64,000 bases of DNA. Source: Elusimicrobiota bacterium (lineage in GTDB: Bacteria; Elusimicrobiota; Elusimicrobia; UBA1565; UBA9628). The stretch lies in contig JAHFCE010000003.1 in assembly GCA_023249675.1 (NCBI GenBank), forward strand, positions 111,785 through 175,784. The letters are read 5' to 3'. The first letter of the stretch is position 1. Each line of letters begins with the position of its first letter. Made by a program: the position numbers and the translations under genes. The notes beneath the pieces were generated by a model, which saw only the letters and a list, made by a program, of their open reading frames with translations, made no database searches and had not been told where the DNA came from. Below, piece after piece: positions 47,037 through 55,479 of the stretch.

Positions 47037-48173
47037 ATGAAGAAATTATTCATCGCCGTCGTCGCGCTGGTCGCGCTCAATGCCCAGGCCGACCCCGTTG
47101 CCGCCGGCCGCGCCCGCGCTCGGGAACTCGGCATCATCGTTGGCCGCATGACGCCCGGCAAACTCAACGCGATCACGGACGTCGCCGGCGTCCGGGTGGG
47201 CCACGTCACCGTGAGCCGGGGCGATGGTCCTCATGCGGCGCGCACCGGCGTGACCGCGATCCTGCCTCACGGCGGAGACCTCTGGAACGAGAAGGTGCCG
47301 GCCGCGACCTGGGTCTATAACGGCAACGGCGAAATGACGGGCGTTCTTTGGCTCAACACGCAGGGCGCCCTCGATGTCCCGCTTCTGCTCACCAACACGA
47401 TGAATATCCCGCGCGTGGCCGACGGCGCTGTCTCCTACATGCTCAAGCGCTACCCGGCCATCGGCAAAAGCGACGATGTGGTGATTCCGGTGGTGGGCGA
47501 GTGCGATGACTCGACTCTCAATGACGCCCGCGGCCGGCACGTGACGTCCGAGGACGCGATCTTGGCCATCGAGTCCGCCCAATCCGGCCCGGTCGCCGAG
47601 GGCTCGGTGGGCGCTGGCGCTGGCATGATCGCCTATGGCTTCAAGGCCGGCATCGGCACGGCCTCGCGGGTGTTATCGGCGCAAGACGGGGGCTGGACGA
47701 TCGGGGTTTTGGTCAACGCGAACATGGGCTGCTGCCGCGAAAACCTGACCATGGCGAACGCTCCGGTCGGCAAGGAGATCGGCGAGTTGCCGGTCAAGGC
47801 CTCGGACGGCTCCATCATCGTCGTGGTGGCGACCGATGCGCCGCTCGATCACCTCAAGCTTCAGCGGCTTGCTTCCAAGGCCGCCATGGGCCTGGCGCGG
47901 ACGGGAAGCACGGCCCGCCATGGGAGCGGCGACATCTTTCTCGCCTTCTCCACCGGCAATCGCATTCCCCACTATCCGAAGGGCCTAACTTACGCGATGA
48001 AGATCGTGGATGATGATCACTTAAATCCCCTGTTCGAGGCCGCCCAGGAGTCGACGGAAGAGGCGATCCTCAACGCCCTGACCACCGCGACGACCACGGC
48101 GGGCAGGGACGGCAACGTCGCTTACGCAATTCCACTCGATCGGCTGCGCGAAGTGATGAAAAAGCGCCCGTGA
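47037..48173 (+). CDS. Peptidase S58 (DmpA/OAT family aminopeptidase) with signal peptide
   Basis: 'ITDVAGVRVGH' and the self-processing 'G|S/T' region are characteristic of DmpA. Confidence 0.7.
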   Translation: MKKLFIAVVALVALNAQADPVAAGRARARELGIIVGRMTPGKLNAITDVAGVRVGHVTVSRGDGPHAARTGVTAILPHGGDLWNEKVPAATWVYNGNGEMTGVLWLNTQGALDVPLLLTNTMNIPRVADGAVSYMLKRYPAIGKSDDVVIPVVGECDDSTLNDARGRHVTSEDAILAIESAQSGPVAEGSVGAGAGMIAYGFKAGIGTASRVLSAQDGGWTIGVLVNANMGCCRENLTMANAPVGKEIGELPVKASDGSIIVVVATDAPLDHLKLQRLASKAAMGLARTGSTARHGSGDIFLAFSTGNRIPHYPKGLTYAMKIVDDDHLNPLFEAAQESTEEAILNALTTATTTAGRDGNVAYAIPLDRLREVMKKRP

Positions 48174-49156
48174 ACGCGTTTCGTCTGGGACTGATTTTTC
48201 TGGTGGTCGCCCAGACATCCTGCCGGCACGGCGCTGTTCAAAGCTCGTCTCGCCAGGCCTCAACCTCCTCGGCGGATGGGCGCATGTCCTTGCCGCAACT
48301 TGATGGCCGTTTGACGTCCTTGGGCGTCGATGGCCGCTGGAAGATGGACGTGGTCTACGCGTATCCCCAGGAAGAGGCCTTGAAGATTGTCGCTTGGCGC
48401 ACCCGGCGCGAAGGCAAGGCTCTTTGGCTCCTGGCCGGCATTCATGGAGAGGAGCCCGCCGGCCCCAACGCGATCATCCGCAGCCTGAAGAGCCTCTCCG
48501 CCTTAGCCGACTTAGGCGTGCCGATCGTCCTCATCGCGATGTGCAATCCCAAGGCTTACCGCAGCAACTGGCGTTATCCCAATACGCCGGAAAGGGATTG
48601 GCGCAAAGGCGGCTACAGTGTCGGCGACGCCGAATACCTGCTTCCAGATTTGGCGGGGGGACAGGCGCCGCGCGCGGCAAGCCCCGTCGGTCCGGAGGCG
48701 CGAGCCCTCACGTCTTACGCCCTGCGACTTTCCGAGTCCTATCCGCCCCGACTGGTGCTGGATTTGCACGAGGACGAGCTTTCCATGGAAGGCGGCTATA
48801 TTTATTCGCAGGGTCAACAGTCGATCGACAATCCGGCGGGAGAAAAAATTATCCGTTTGCTTCAGTCTTCCGGCATCCCCCTGCGACTGTCCGGCAAGAC
48901 GCGTTTCGGAGAACCTGTCCAGAATGGCGTGGTCAGCCGGGATGAAAAGGGGCTTCCGATCCGGGACGGCTCGATCGATGAATTATTCGCCTCCACTCAA
49001 GTCTTCAAAAATAAAAAACTGATTCCGGGTCCTTCCGCCCAAACGGTGATTGTCGTCGAGACGCCGGCTTTTTCAGGCTCTAATCTGGACAAGCGCGTGG
49101 GCGCGCAGAGTGCCATCCTCAACGCGATTGAGGAGCTGTGGACACTAAGCCCGTAG
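48170..49156 (+). CDS. M14-like zinc carboxypeptidase/deacylase (AstE/AspA subfamily)
   Basis: 'GIHGEEPAG' and 'DLHED' are the zinc-ligand motifs. Signal peptide present. Confidence 0.6.
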   Translation: MNAFRLGLIFLVVAQTSCRHGAVQSSSRQASTSSADGRMSLPQLDGRLTSLGVDGRWKMDVVYAYPQEEALKIVAWRTRREGKALWLLAGIHGEEPAGPNAIIRSLKSLSALADLGVPIVLIAMCNPKAYRSNWRYPNTPERDWRKGGYSVGDAEYLLPDLAGGQAPRAASPVGPEARALTSYALRLSESYPPRLVLDLHEDELSMEGGYIYSQGQQSIDNPAGEKIIRLLQSSGIPLRLSGKTRFGEPVQNGVVSRDEKGLPIRDGSIDELFASTQVFKNKKLIPGPSAQTVIVVETPAFSGSNLDKRVGAQSAILNAIEELWTLSP

Positions 49157-49252
49157 CAGGGCGCAACGCACGGTGTTTCTCCAGAAGCAGTTCAGTGAAT
49201 TGCCGGCCGCTGTCCGCGGCGGTCAGCCGGAGAGTGATGGTCACTGTTTTAT

Positions 49253-49453
49253 TCATTCGTATTGCATGTTGTAATACGAATCCTCTCGACCGTCAAGCCC
49301 GTCTCGCGCCTTGCTCCTGAGGCGCCCGAGATGCCGCGCCAGCAGCAGCCGCTGCGCTTCGTCGCGCGCCTCCTCCGTCGCCTCGACAAGTTCGAGCCTC
49401 TTCAACCGCGCGATGAGGCGCCGCGCCGTGCGTTCCGGCATTTCATTTCTCAT
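49253..49453 (-). CDS. Possible small basic helical protein (66 aa)
   Basis: An internal ATG has a strong GGAGGAAG Shine-Dalgarno 4 nt upstream. The product is an Arg-rich amphipathic helix. Its stop lies inside an AT-rich palindrome. Confidence 0.25.
   Translation of the reverse strand: MRNEMPERTARRLIARLKRLELVEATEEARDEAQRLLLARHLGRLRSKARDGLDGREDSYYNMQYE
49255..49281. promoter_or_regulatory. AT-rich 9-bp inverted repeat (ATTCGTATT-n9-AATACGAAT) in the 408-bp gap upstream of the HEAT/SulP operon
   Basis: A perfect palindrome in a local AT-rich patch of an otherwise GC-rich sequence; candidate operator or terminator. Confidence 0.4.
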
Positions 49454-49564
49454 GGCTTCCTCCCGGGGCGCCTGGGCGCCCGTACTCACTAGACGATTGA
49501 CCCCCCGAAAAAGTTTCATGGTCCGGGCCTCGACAGACCGCCGAGAACCCGGTATGCTTCCGGG

Positions 49565-50623
49565 GTGAAGAAAACGCTTGTCGTCTTAGCGGCGCTTCTC
49601 CTGTGCCCCGCCGTCCAGGCCCGCAAACCAAAAATAAAAACCCTTCTCTCGGCTTTCGAAGCCGCAAAAACCGACGAGCGCATCCGTCTGGCCGCCGCTC
49701 TCGGCCGCAGGAAAAACAAAAAAACCACCGACGCCCTGCTCCTCGCCTTCGACGTCAAGCGCGGCGACCCGCGCGAAAGCGCCGCCTACGTGGACGCCCT
49801 TGGCCAAGCGGGCGATCCGCGCGCCGTCGAGCCGCTTGCCGCCGCTTGGGACTACCTCCGTTCCCTAATCCTTCCGATGGGCGGGCTCCCGGGGCAACTC
49901 CAGGTCCTGAGCGAGAAGATCCTCGACGCCCTGAGCCGTCTCGGCGGCGACCGGGCGGTGCGCGTTCTTTTTGAAGCGCTCGCCGATCCAGACCCGCGCG
50001 TGGCCCAAGAAGCCGTGCGCGGCCTCGGCCGTCTCCGGGTGAAGGACGCCGTCCCGGTTCTCCAGCAGAAGTTGGCGGCGGGCGCTTCGGGCAACCTCCT
50101 CCAGGCGATTTGTGAGGCCCTGGGCGACATCGGCGACAAGCGTGCCCTCTCCACTCTTGAGAAGTCGGCCGCGAATCCAGACACGCTCGTCGCGGCCGAG
50201 GTCTCCTACTCTCTCGTCAAGCTCGGCAAGAAGGAGGACCTGGTTCGCCTGCAGGGTTTCCTGGAGGGCGATTCCGGCGCGGGGGCCGCGGGCCTGCTCG
50301 CGGCCTACTACCTCGTCAAGCTCGATAAGGACGCGGGTCTTGAGTACCTCGAGAAAACGATGAAAAAGCGGGACAGCGCGCTGGCTCCCGTCGCGGCCGA
50401 GACCTTGGGCAAAACCGGCAATCCGCGCGCGGTCCTCGTTCTCATCGAGGTTCTCCAGGCGCCGGATTCCGCCGTGCGCCTCTCGGTGGCGCGCGCTTTG
50501 GGGCGCTTGGGCGGGCCGCGCGCGGTGACGGCCTTAAAGAAGCTGCGCGCCGACCCCGATCCCGGCGTGAGCGGCGCGGCCGTCAACAGCCTGAACGATC
50601 TTGGCGAAATCGACTTGAGATGA
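49565..50623 (+). CDS. Periplasmic HEAT-repeat (PBS-lyase HEAT-like) protein
   Basis: Signal peptide followed by repeated 'D..VR..A..ALG.lgd..A...L' units. Confidence 0.7.
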   Translation: MKKTLVVLAALLLCPAVQARKPKIKTLLSAFEAAKTDERIRLAAALGRRKNKKTTDALLLAFDVKRGDPRESAAYVDALGQAGDPRAVEPLAAAWDYLRSLILPMGGLPGQLQVLSEKILDALSRLGGDRAVRVLFEALADPDPRVAQEAVRGLGRLRVKDAVPVLQQKLAAGASGNLLQAICEALGDIGDKRALSTLEKSAANPDTLVAAEVSYSLVKLGKKEDLVRLQGFLEGDSGAGAAGLLAAYYLVKLDKDAGLEYLEKTMKKRDSALAPVAAETLGKTGNPRAVLVLIEVLQAPDSAVRLSVARALGRLGGPRAVTALKKLRADPDPGVSGAAVNSLNDLGEIDLR

Positions 50624-52824
50624 GCCGAGAGACGCGCATCGGCGACTGTTGGGGCGGCCTGGCTGCGATGCTCGTCGCCCTTCCCCAGGCCTTGGCTTTC
50701 GGCGTGGCGATTTTCGCCCCGCTGGGACCCGAGCGCGCGGCCGAAGGGGCTCTCGCCGGCCTCGTGGGCGCGGCCGCGCTCGGCATGGTGGCCGCCTGGC
50801 TGGGAGGCGCGCCGCGCCTGGTCTCAGCGCCCTGCGCGCCGGCCGCGGCGGTGCTGGGCGGCCTTGCCGCCGTGCTTGCCGCGCGCTATGGGCCTGAGCG
50901 AGCGGCGGCACTTCTGATGCTCACCGGCCTGTTCTCGGCTTTGCTCCAGCTCGCCTACGGCTTAGCGGGGGGAGGTCGCCTCATCAAATTTATTCCCTAC
51001 CCGGTCGTGACCGGCTATCTGAGCGGCGTCGCCGTGCTCATGGCGCTCAGCCAGCTGCCGCGCCTGCTGGCCTTGCCCGCGGGCGCCGGCCTCGCTGCCG
51101 GGCTCGCGTCTCCGTCCTCCTGGAGCGGGCCGGGCTTGATCGTGGGCCTAACGGCGATGTTCGCCATGGTCGTGGCCCCGCGCCTGACCAAGGCCGTTCC
51201 CGCGCCCGTCGTGGGGCTGGCCGCGGGTGTGACCGCGTACTGGGCGGCCAGCCTTGTCCATCCTGAATTGCGCACTGTGTCGGGCAACGCGCTCGTCGTC
51301 GGGCGTCTGCCGGGCGGCATCGCCGGGATGTGGTCGGCGCTGGGTTCGCGCTGGTCGGGCTTGAGCGGTTTTGACGCGGGCATGTTCAAGGCGGCGGCCA
51401 TGCCCGCGGCCACGTTATCGCTTCTTCTCTCCGTCGACACGCTCAAGACCTGCGTGGTCGTCGACACGCTCACGCGCTCGCGCCACGATTCTGATCGCGA
51501 ATTACGCGGCCAGGGCCTGGGCAACCTTGCCGCGGCTTTGCTCGGAGGGGCCGCGGGTGCTGGCACGATGGGGGCCACCCTGGTCAACATCAATGCGGGC
51601 GGGCGCACGCGTCTCTCCGGTGCGCTGGCCGGGGCCTTCACTGTGCTGACCCTTCTGCTGGCCGGCCCGCTCGTCGCCTGGGTGCCGGTGCCGGCGTTGG
51701 CCGGCATCCTGCTCATCGTGGCTTGGCGCATGTTCGACCGGAAAAGCCTTCGTCTTCTGAGACGCCGCTCGACCCAGCTTGATTTCGCCGTGAGCGCCGC
51801 CGTCATCGTCGCCGCCGTCAGCATCGATTTGATCGCCGCCGCGGGAATCGGCATCGGCCTGGCCGCGCTTCTCTTCCTGCGCGACCTCTCGCGCGGCTCC
51901 GTCGTGCGCCGCAAGGTCCGTGGCGACGCCGTGACCTCGCGTCAGCGCCGCCTGCCCGCCGAGCGCGAGGCCCTGCGCGAGTTGGGCTCGGCCGTCGTCC
52001 TCTGCGAGCTGCAGGGAAGCCTCTTTTTCGGCACCACGGACCAGCTGCTCAGCGAGCTCGACGCCGACCTCAAGACCTGCCGCTTCGTCATCCTCGACCT
52101 CAAGCGCGTGCAAAGCGTCGATTTCACCGCCGCGCACATGCTCAAGCAGATCGAGGACCGTCTGCACGAGCGCGGCGGCCGCCTGCTGCTGTGCCAGCTG
52201 CCGCAAAACCTGCCCACCGGCCAGGACCTCGAGTCCTATTTCGCCGAGGTGGGATTGGTCAAGCCCGAGCGCTTTGTCAGCGTTTTTGGCGAGCTCGACG
52301 CCGCCCTCGAGTGGGTCGAAGACCGGCTCCTGTCCGACGCGGGCCTGGCTCCGCCCGTTTCGGCGGCGCCGCTGGGCCTTCAAGACATCGAGCTGTTCCG
52401 CGAGCTCGACGCCGATGAGACGGCCTCCGTGCGCTCCATCCTGCGCGAGCTTTCCGCGCCCGCGGGTTCGGCCGTCTTTCGCCGCGGCGAGGCCGGCGAT
52501 GAGGTTTTTCTCATCCGCAAGGGCCGCGTGCGCATCCTCCTTCCCCTCGAGGGCGGCAAGGAGCATCACAAGGAACACCATGTGGCCACCTTCGGCCGGC
52601 GCGACTTCTTCGGCGAGGTCGCCTTCCTCGACCGGGGCGCTCGCACCGCCGACGCCGTGGCGCTGACCCCCACGGAGCTTTTCGCGCTGTCGCGCGCGCG
52701 CTTCAACGACCTGTCCCGCTCCCACCCCGCCTTGGGCGCCATGCTTTTTGCGCGCTTGTCGCACGCCCTGGCCCTGCGCCTGCGCCAGGCCGATGAGGAG
52801 CTGGGACTGCTCCACGACGCTTAG
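50620..52824 (+). CDS. SulP-family anion transporter with STAS domain and C-terminal cyclic-nucleotide-binding domain
   Basis: The SulP TM core is followed by a STAS domain ('VVLCELQGSLFFGTTDQL') and a cNMP-binding fold ('FRRGEAGDEVFLIRKGRVRI...FGEVAFL'). Confidence 0.8.
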   Translation: MSRETRIGDCWGGLAAMLVALPQALAFGVAIFAPLGPERAAEGALAGLVGAAALGMVAAWLGGAPRLVSAPCAPAAAVLGGLAAVLAARYGPERAAALLMLTGLFSALLQLAYGLAGGGRLIKFIPYPVVTGYLSGVAVLMALSQLPRLLALPAGAGLAAGLASPSSWSGPGLIVGLTAMFAMVVAPRLTKAVPAPVVGLAAGVTAYWAASLVHPELRTVSGNALVVGRLPGGIAGMWSALGSRWSGLSGFDAGMFKAAAMPAATLSLLLSVDTLKTCVVVDTLTRSRHDSDRELRGQGLGNLAAALLGGAAGAGTMGATLVNINAGGRTRLSGALAGAFTVLTLLLAGPLVAWVPVPALAGILLIVAWRMFDRKSLRLLRRRSTQLDFAVSAAVIVAAVSIDLIAAAGIGIGLAALLFLRDLSRGSVVRRKVRGDAVTSRQRRLPAEREALRELGSAVVLCELQGSLFFGTTDQLLSELDADLKTCRFVILDLKRVQSVDFTAAHMLKQIEDRLHERGGRLLLCQLPQNLPTGQDLESYFAEVGLVKPERFVSVFGELDAALEWVEDRLLSDAGLAPPVSAAPLGLQDIELFRELDADETASVRSILRELSAPAGSAVFRRGEAGDEVFLIRKGRVRILLPLEGGKEHHKEHHVATFGRRDFFGEVAFLDRGARTADAVALTPTELFALSRARFNDLSRSHPALGAMLFARLSHALALRLRQADEELGLLHDA

Positions 52825-54959
52825 AGCCGGACGCCCTGGCGCTTGAAGTAAGACGCGACGGCCTCGACGGCGAGGTACGTAAATCCCAGAACGTCGGCGT
52901 GCCCGGATAGCTTGGCAAGGCGCTTCAGCTTGCCGATGGTTTTGAGCGCGGCCCGGCGTCCGCCGCCGGCTTTTCTCCAATCTTGAACGTACCGCGCGCG
53001 GAACCATTCCATGGCATCCGTGGCGTCCATGTCCCGGATGGAGTCCTTGTCGTTGTCGTTCTCGAGGGGCAAACGTCGTAGAAAGGCCGCCTGCCGCTTG
53101 ACCCCGGCTTGATGGAGCCGCTCGAGTTTGCGCAAAAGCGGCGTGGGCTTGCCGAGAAGGTTGGAGAGGGCCGCGTTGCCGAGCGTGGGATTCCTGCCGG
53201 CGTCCAGGGAGAAGCTCTGCGTCCCCGGGTTCGTCTCGATGATGACGTAGTCTCCGTCCCGGCGCTTGGCGACGTCGAAGCCTCCGCTGAAATAGCGGCC
53301 TTTTTCGGGGAGCCTGTCCAGAAAACTTTCGATAAGCCGCTTGGCCTGGCTTTCCTCATCGGGCCGATAGTCCCAGCCGTAACGGAACCGAGAGTTCACG
53401 ACGTGCCCATCCAAGACGTCGACGCGAAATTCGATAAGCTCGCCCCTGCGGTTCTTCGCAAGGTCGAGCTTCTCCTGCACCAGGACGTCCCCGGGGCGGG
53501 CGATCAACGCGTGGATCACCGCCGTCCGCGAGGGGCCCTCCGTCATCAGACGCCTCAGCTCGGGATCGAGGGCCGAGATCGGATGGAGGCCCAGGAAGTC
53601 CTTGACCTTTTTCAGGTCGGAGAGGTAGTCGGCGGCCATCTCGTCCGGGTCGCTCAAAAAGGTGGCGACCATGGACGCGCTCTCGCGCGTGGCGTACGCC
53701 GTGCGGAACTTGATGAAAGCGCCCTTTGGGAACTTTTCACGGGACAGTCGGAAGAACTCCTTGACGAGACCCGCGACCTCGCGTTGACGTTCGTCCGCGC
53801 CGGCCTCGTCCGGATTGCCGATATATTCCTCGATGAGGCGCCGCACCTCGGCTTGGCGGCTCTTGAATGCCCCCGTCCGCTTCTTCACAAGAGCCTGACC
53901 GGTCAGTCCCTTGGCCATGAAAGAGGGATCCGCGGAGCGGACCCACGCGGATTCGGTGACCTTATCGAGGCGGGCCAAGAGCCGCCCTTGGCCTAACAGG
54001 GGATTGAGATCTCCTCGAACCAGAAAGGACTTGGGGGAGGGGGAAATAGGCAGGACAAGGCCCGGCAGTTTCACGGGCGTGGAATGATCGGCAAGGTCTT
54101 CGGCATAGAACACGCGGGCCCCGTAAAGCCTCTCGTTGTCCCGCATGTGCTCCTCATTGACTGGACGCCATCCGGGGAGCACGATTGTCACGCCCTTCTC
54201 GGCTGCCTGGCGGATCGCGGCGAGAGTTCGCGGGGGCGTGCCGCGGGGCGTGGGCGCGTTCGTCCAAAGCTCGAAATCGCTGGGCTCTGGATTCTCCGGC
54301 GCCGCGCGACTGGAGCGCTTGCCATCGCGCCAGACGTAGATCGTGTGCAGCGTCGCCGAGGTGCGCTCGATGGAGCGCACTCCTCGGACTCGGCTCAAAC
54401 TCTTGAGGTCGCGGGGGTTCGCCTCGCCCGGCAGGGCCTTGCCCGGTTCAGGTCGACCAAGAACGCGGAAGCCCCTTTTCGCCAGCCGTGCCGCGACTGT
54501 GCGAGCACCCTCCGCCGAGAGCCGCGGGCTGAGCACGGCGCTTGCCAAGCGGGTCTGCGCCAGGGGAAAGTGCCGGGCGGGCTCTTCCAAAAACATCAAC
54601 GCGCGCTGACCGGGAGGCGCGGGTTCGACGTCTTCTAAGGAGAAGGAGGCGGTCTGATCGAAAAGCGCGGCTGCGGACTGATGCTGAGCCGCCAGGGGGT
54701 CATTGCGTTTCTGCGCGAGAACGCCAGCCGGCGCGACGTTGACGCGGGGCGCAGGCACAGTCGGCGCCGCGACGAAGAGAGTTGGAGAGACGGGGGGCGC
54801 GTACGGCGCCAAGCCGACGGCCGGGACGATCGGCGCAAGCGCGATTGTCGGCGCCGCGCCGCCGCCGACCTCCGCCGCCGGCAGCGCCGCGAGAGCGGCG
54901 CCGGCCCACGTCCGAAGCAGGAGGGAAAGGACGACTGCGATCAGGGACCGAACTCTCAT
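52821..54959 (-). CDS. Signal-peptide/anchor protein with a C-terminal ATP-grasp-like domain
   Basis: N-terminal hydrophobic segment, then a Pro/Ala linker. The C-terminus ('IEFRVDVLDGHVV...DYVIIETNPG') resembles the ATP-grasp 'E.N..PG' motif. Confidence 0.55.
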   Translation of the reverse strand: MRVRSLIAVVLSLLLRTWAGAALAALPAAEVGGGAAPTIALAPIVPAVGLAPYAPPVSPTLFVAAPTVPAPRVNVAPAGVLAQKRNDPLAAQHQSAAALFDQTASFSLEDVEPAPPGQRALMFLEEPARHFPLAQTRLASAVLSPRLSAEGARTVAARLAKRGFRVLGRPEPGKALPGEANPRDLKSLSRVRGVRSIERTSATLHTIYVWRDGKRSSRAAPENPEPSDFELWTNAPTPRGTPPRTLAAIRQAAEKGVTIVLPGWRPVNEEHMRDNERLYGARVFYAEDLADHSTPVKLPGLVLPISPSPKSFLVRGDLNPLLGQGRLLARLDKVTESAWVRSADPSFMAKGLTGQALVKKRTGAFKSRQAEVRRLIEEYIGNPDEAGADERQREVAGLVKEFFRLSREKFPKGAFIKFRTAYATRESASMVATFLSDPDEMAADYLSDLKKVKDFLGLHPISALDPELRRLMTEGPSRTAVIHALIARPGDVLVQEKLDLAKNRRGELIEFRVDVLDGHVVNSRFRYGWDYRPDEESQAKRLIESFLDRLPEKGRYFSGGFDVAKRRDGDYVIIETNPGTQSFSLDAGRNPTLGNAALSNLLGKPTPLLRKLERLHQAGVKRQAAFLRRLPLENDNDKDSIRDMDATDAMEWFRARYVQDWRKAGGGRRAALKTIGKLKRLAKLSGHADVLGFTYLAVEAVASYFKRQGVRL

Positions 54960-55119
54960 CGCCTCAGTATGCCCGGCGCACCCCGCGCCCGCGAGAGTCT
55001 TGCGGCCCAAACCGTCTAGGTCTGATATCTGAACGCAAACGCCCCGAAAGACCCATGCCTTTTAAGTCGGTTGCTGGTAGCATACGCTGTCGCTGAAATC
55101 CAAACTTTGAGGTTTTAAA

Positions 55120-55479
55120 ATGAAAAATATCCGTCTCCTGATGGCGTCAGTGCTGTTCGCTTCACTGGTCATGATCGGCTCGGCCTCCGCCCAGTCGGAC
55201 GCTGATTTCGCCCGGAAGCTCACGGAGGGCATGGGGGCGATGGTGAAAAAGGCGAAGGAACCCGCGACTGTCCAGGGAACGCCCGTCCGTCCCGTCGCAA
55301 AGAGTGTGTCGAGCGGCGATGGGGTCATCTGCGATTGCTATGCGGGGGGGCTCTGGTATGTCTATCTCGGGAACGTCGCCGGAGACACGAAGCAGGACGC
55401 TTTCCGCGAGTGTCGGCGCGTGTCCAAGAAACGGGGCTTCGACGACAACTGCAACATCATCGTCAATAATTGTCAGTGA
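55120..55479 (+). CDS. Small secreted Cys-containing protein
   Basis: Signal peptide, four Cys residues and a GAGG Shine-Dalgarno. It overlaps the next gene by 10 bp. Confidence 0.5.
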   Translation: MKNIRLLMASVLFASLVMIGSASAQSDADFARKLTEGMGAMVKKAKEPATVQGTPVRPVAKSVSSGDGVICDCYAGGLWYVYLGNVAGDTKQDAFRECRRVSKKRGFDDNCNIIVNNCQ

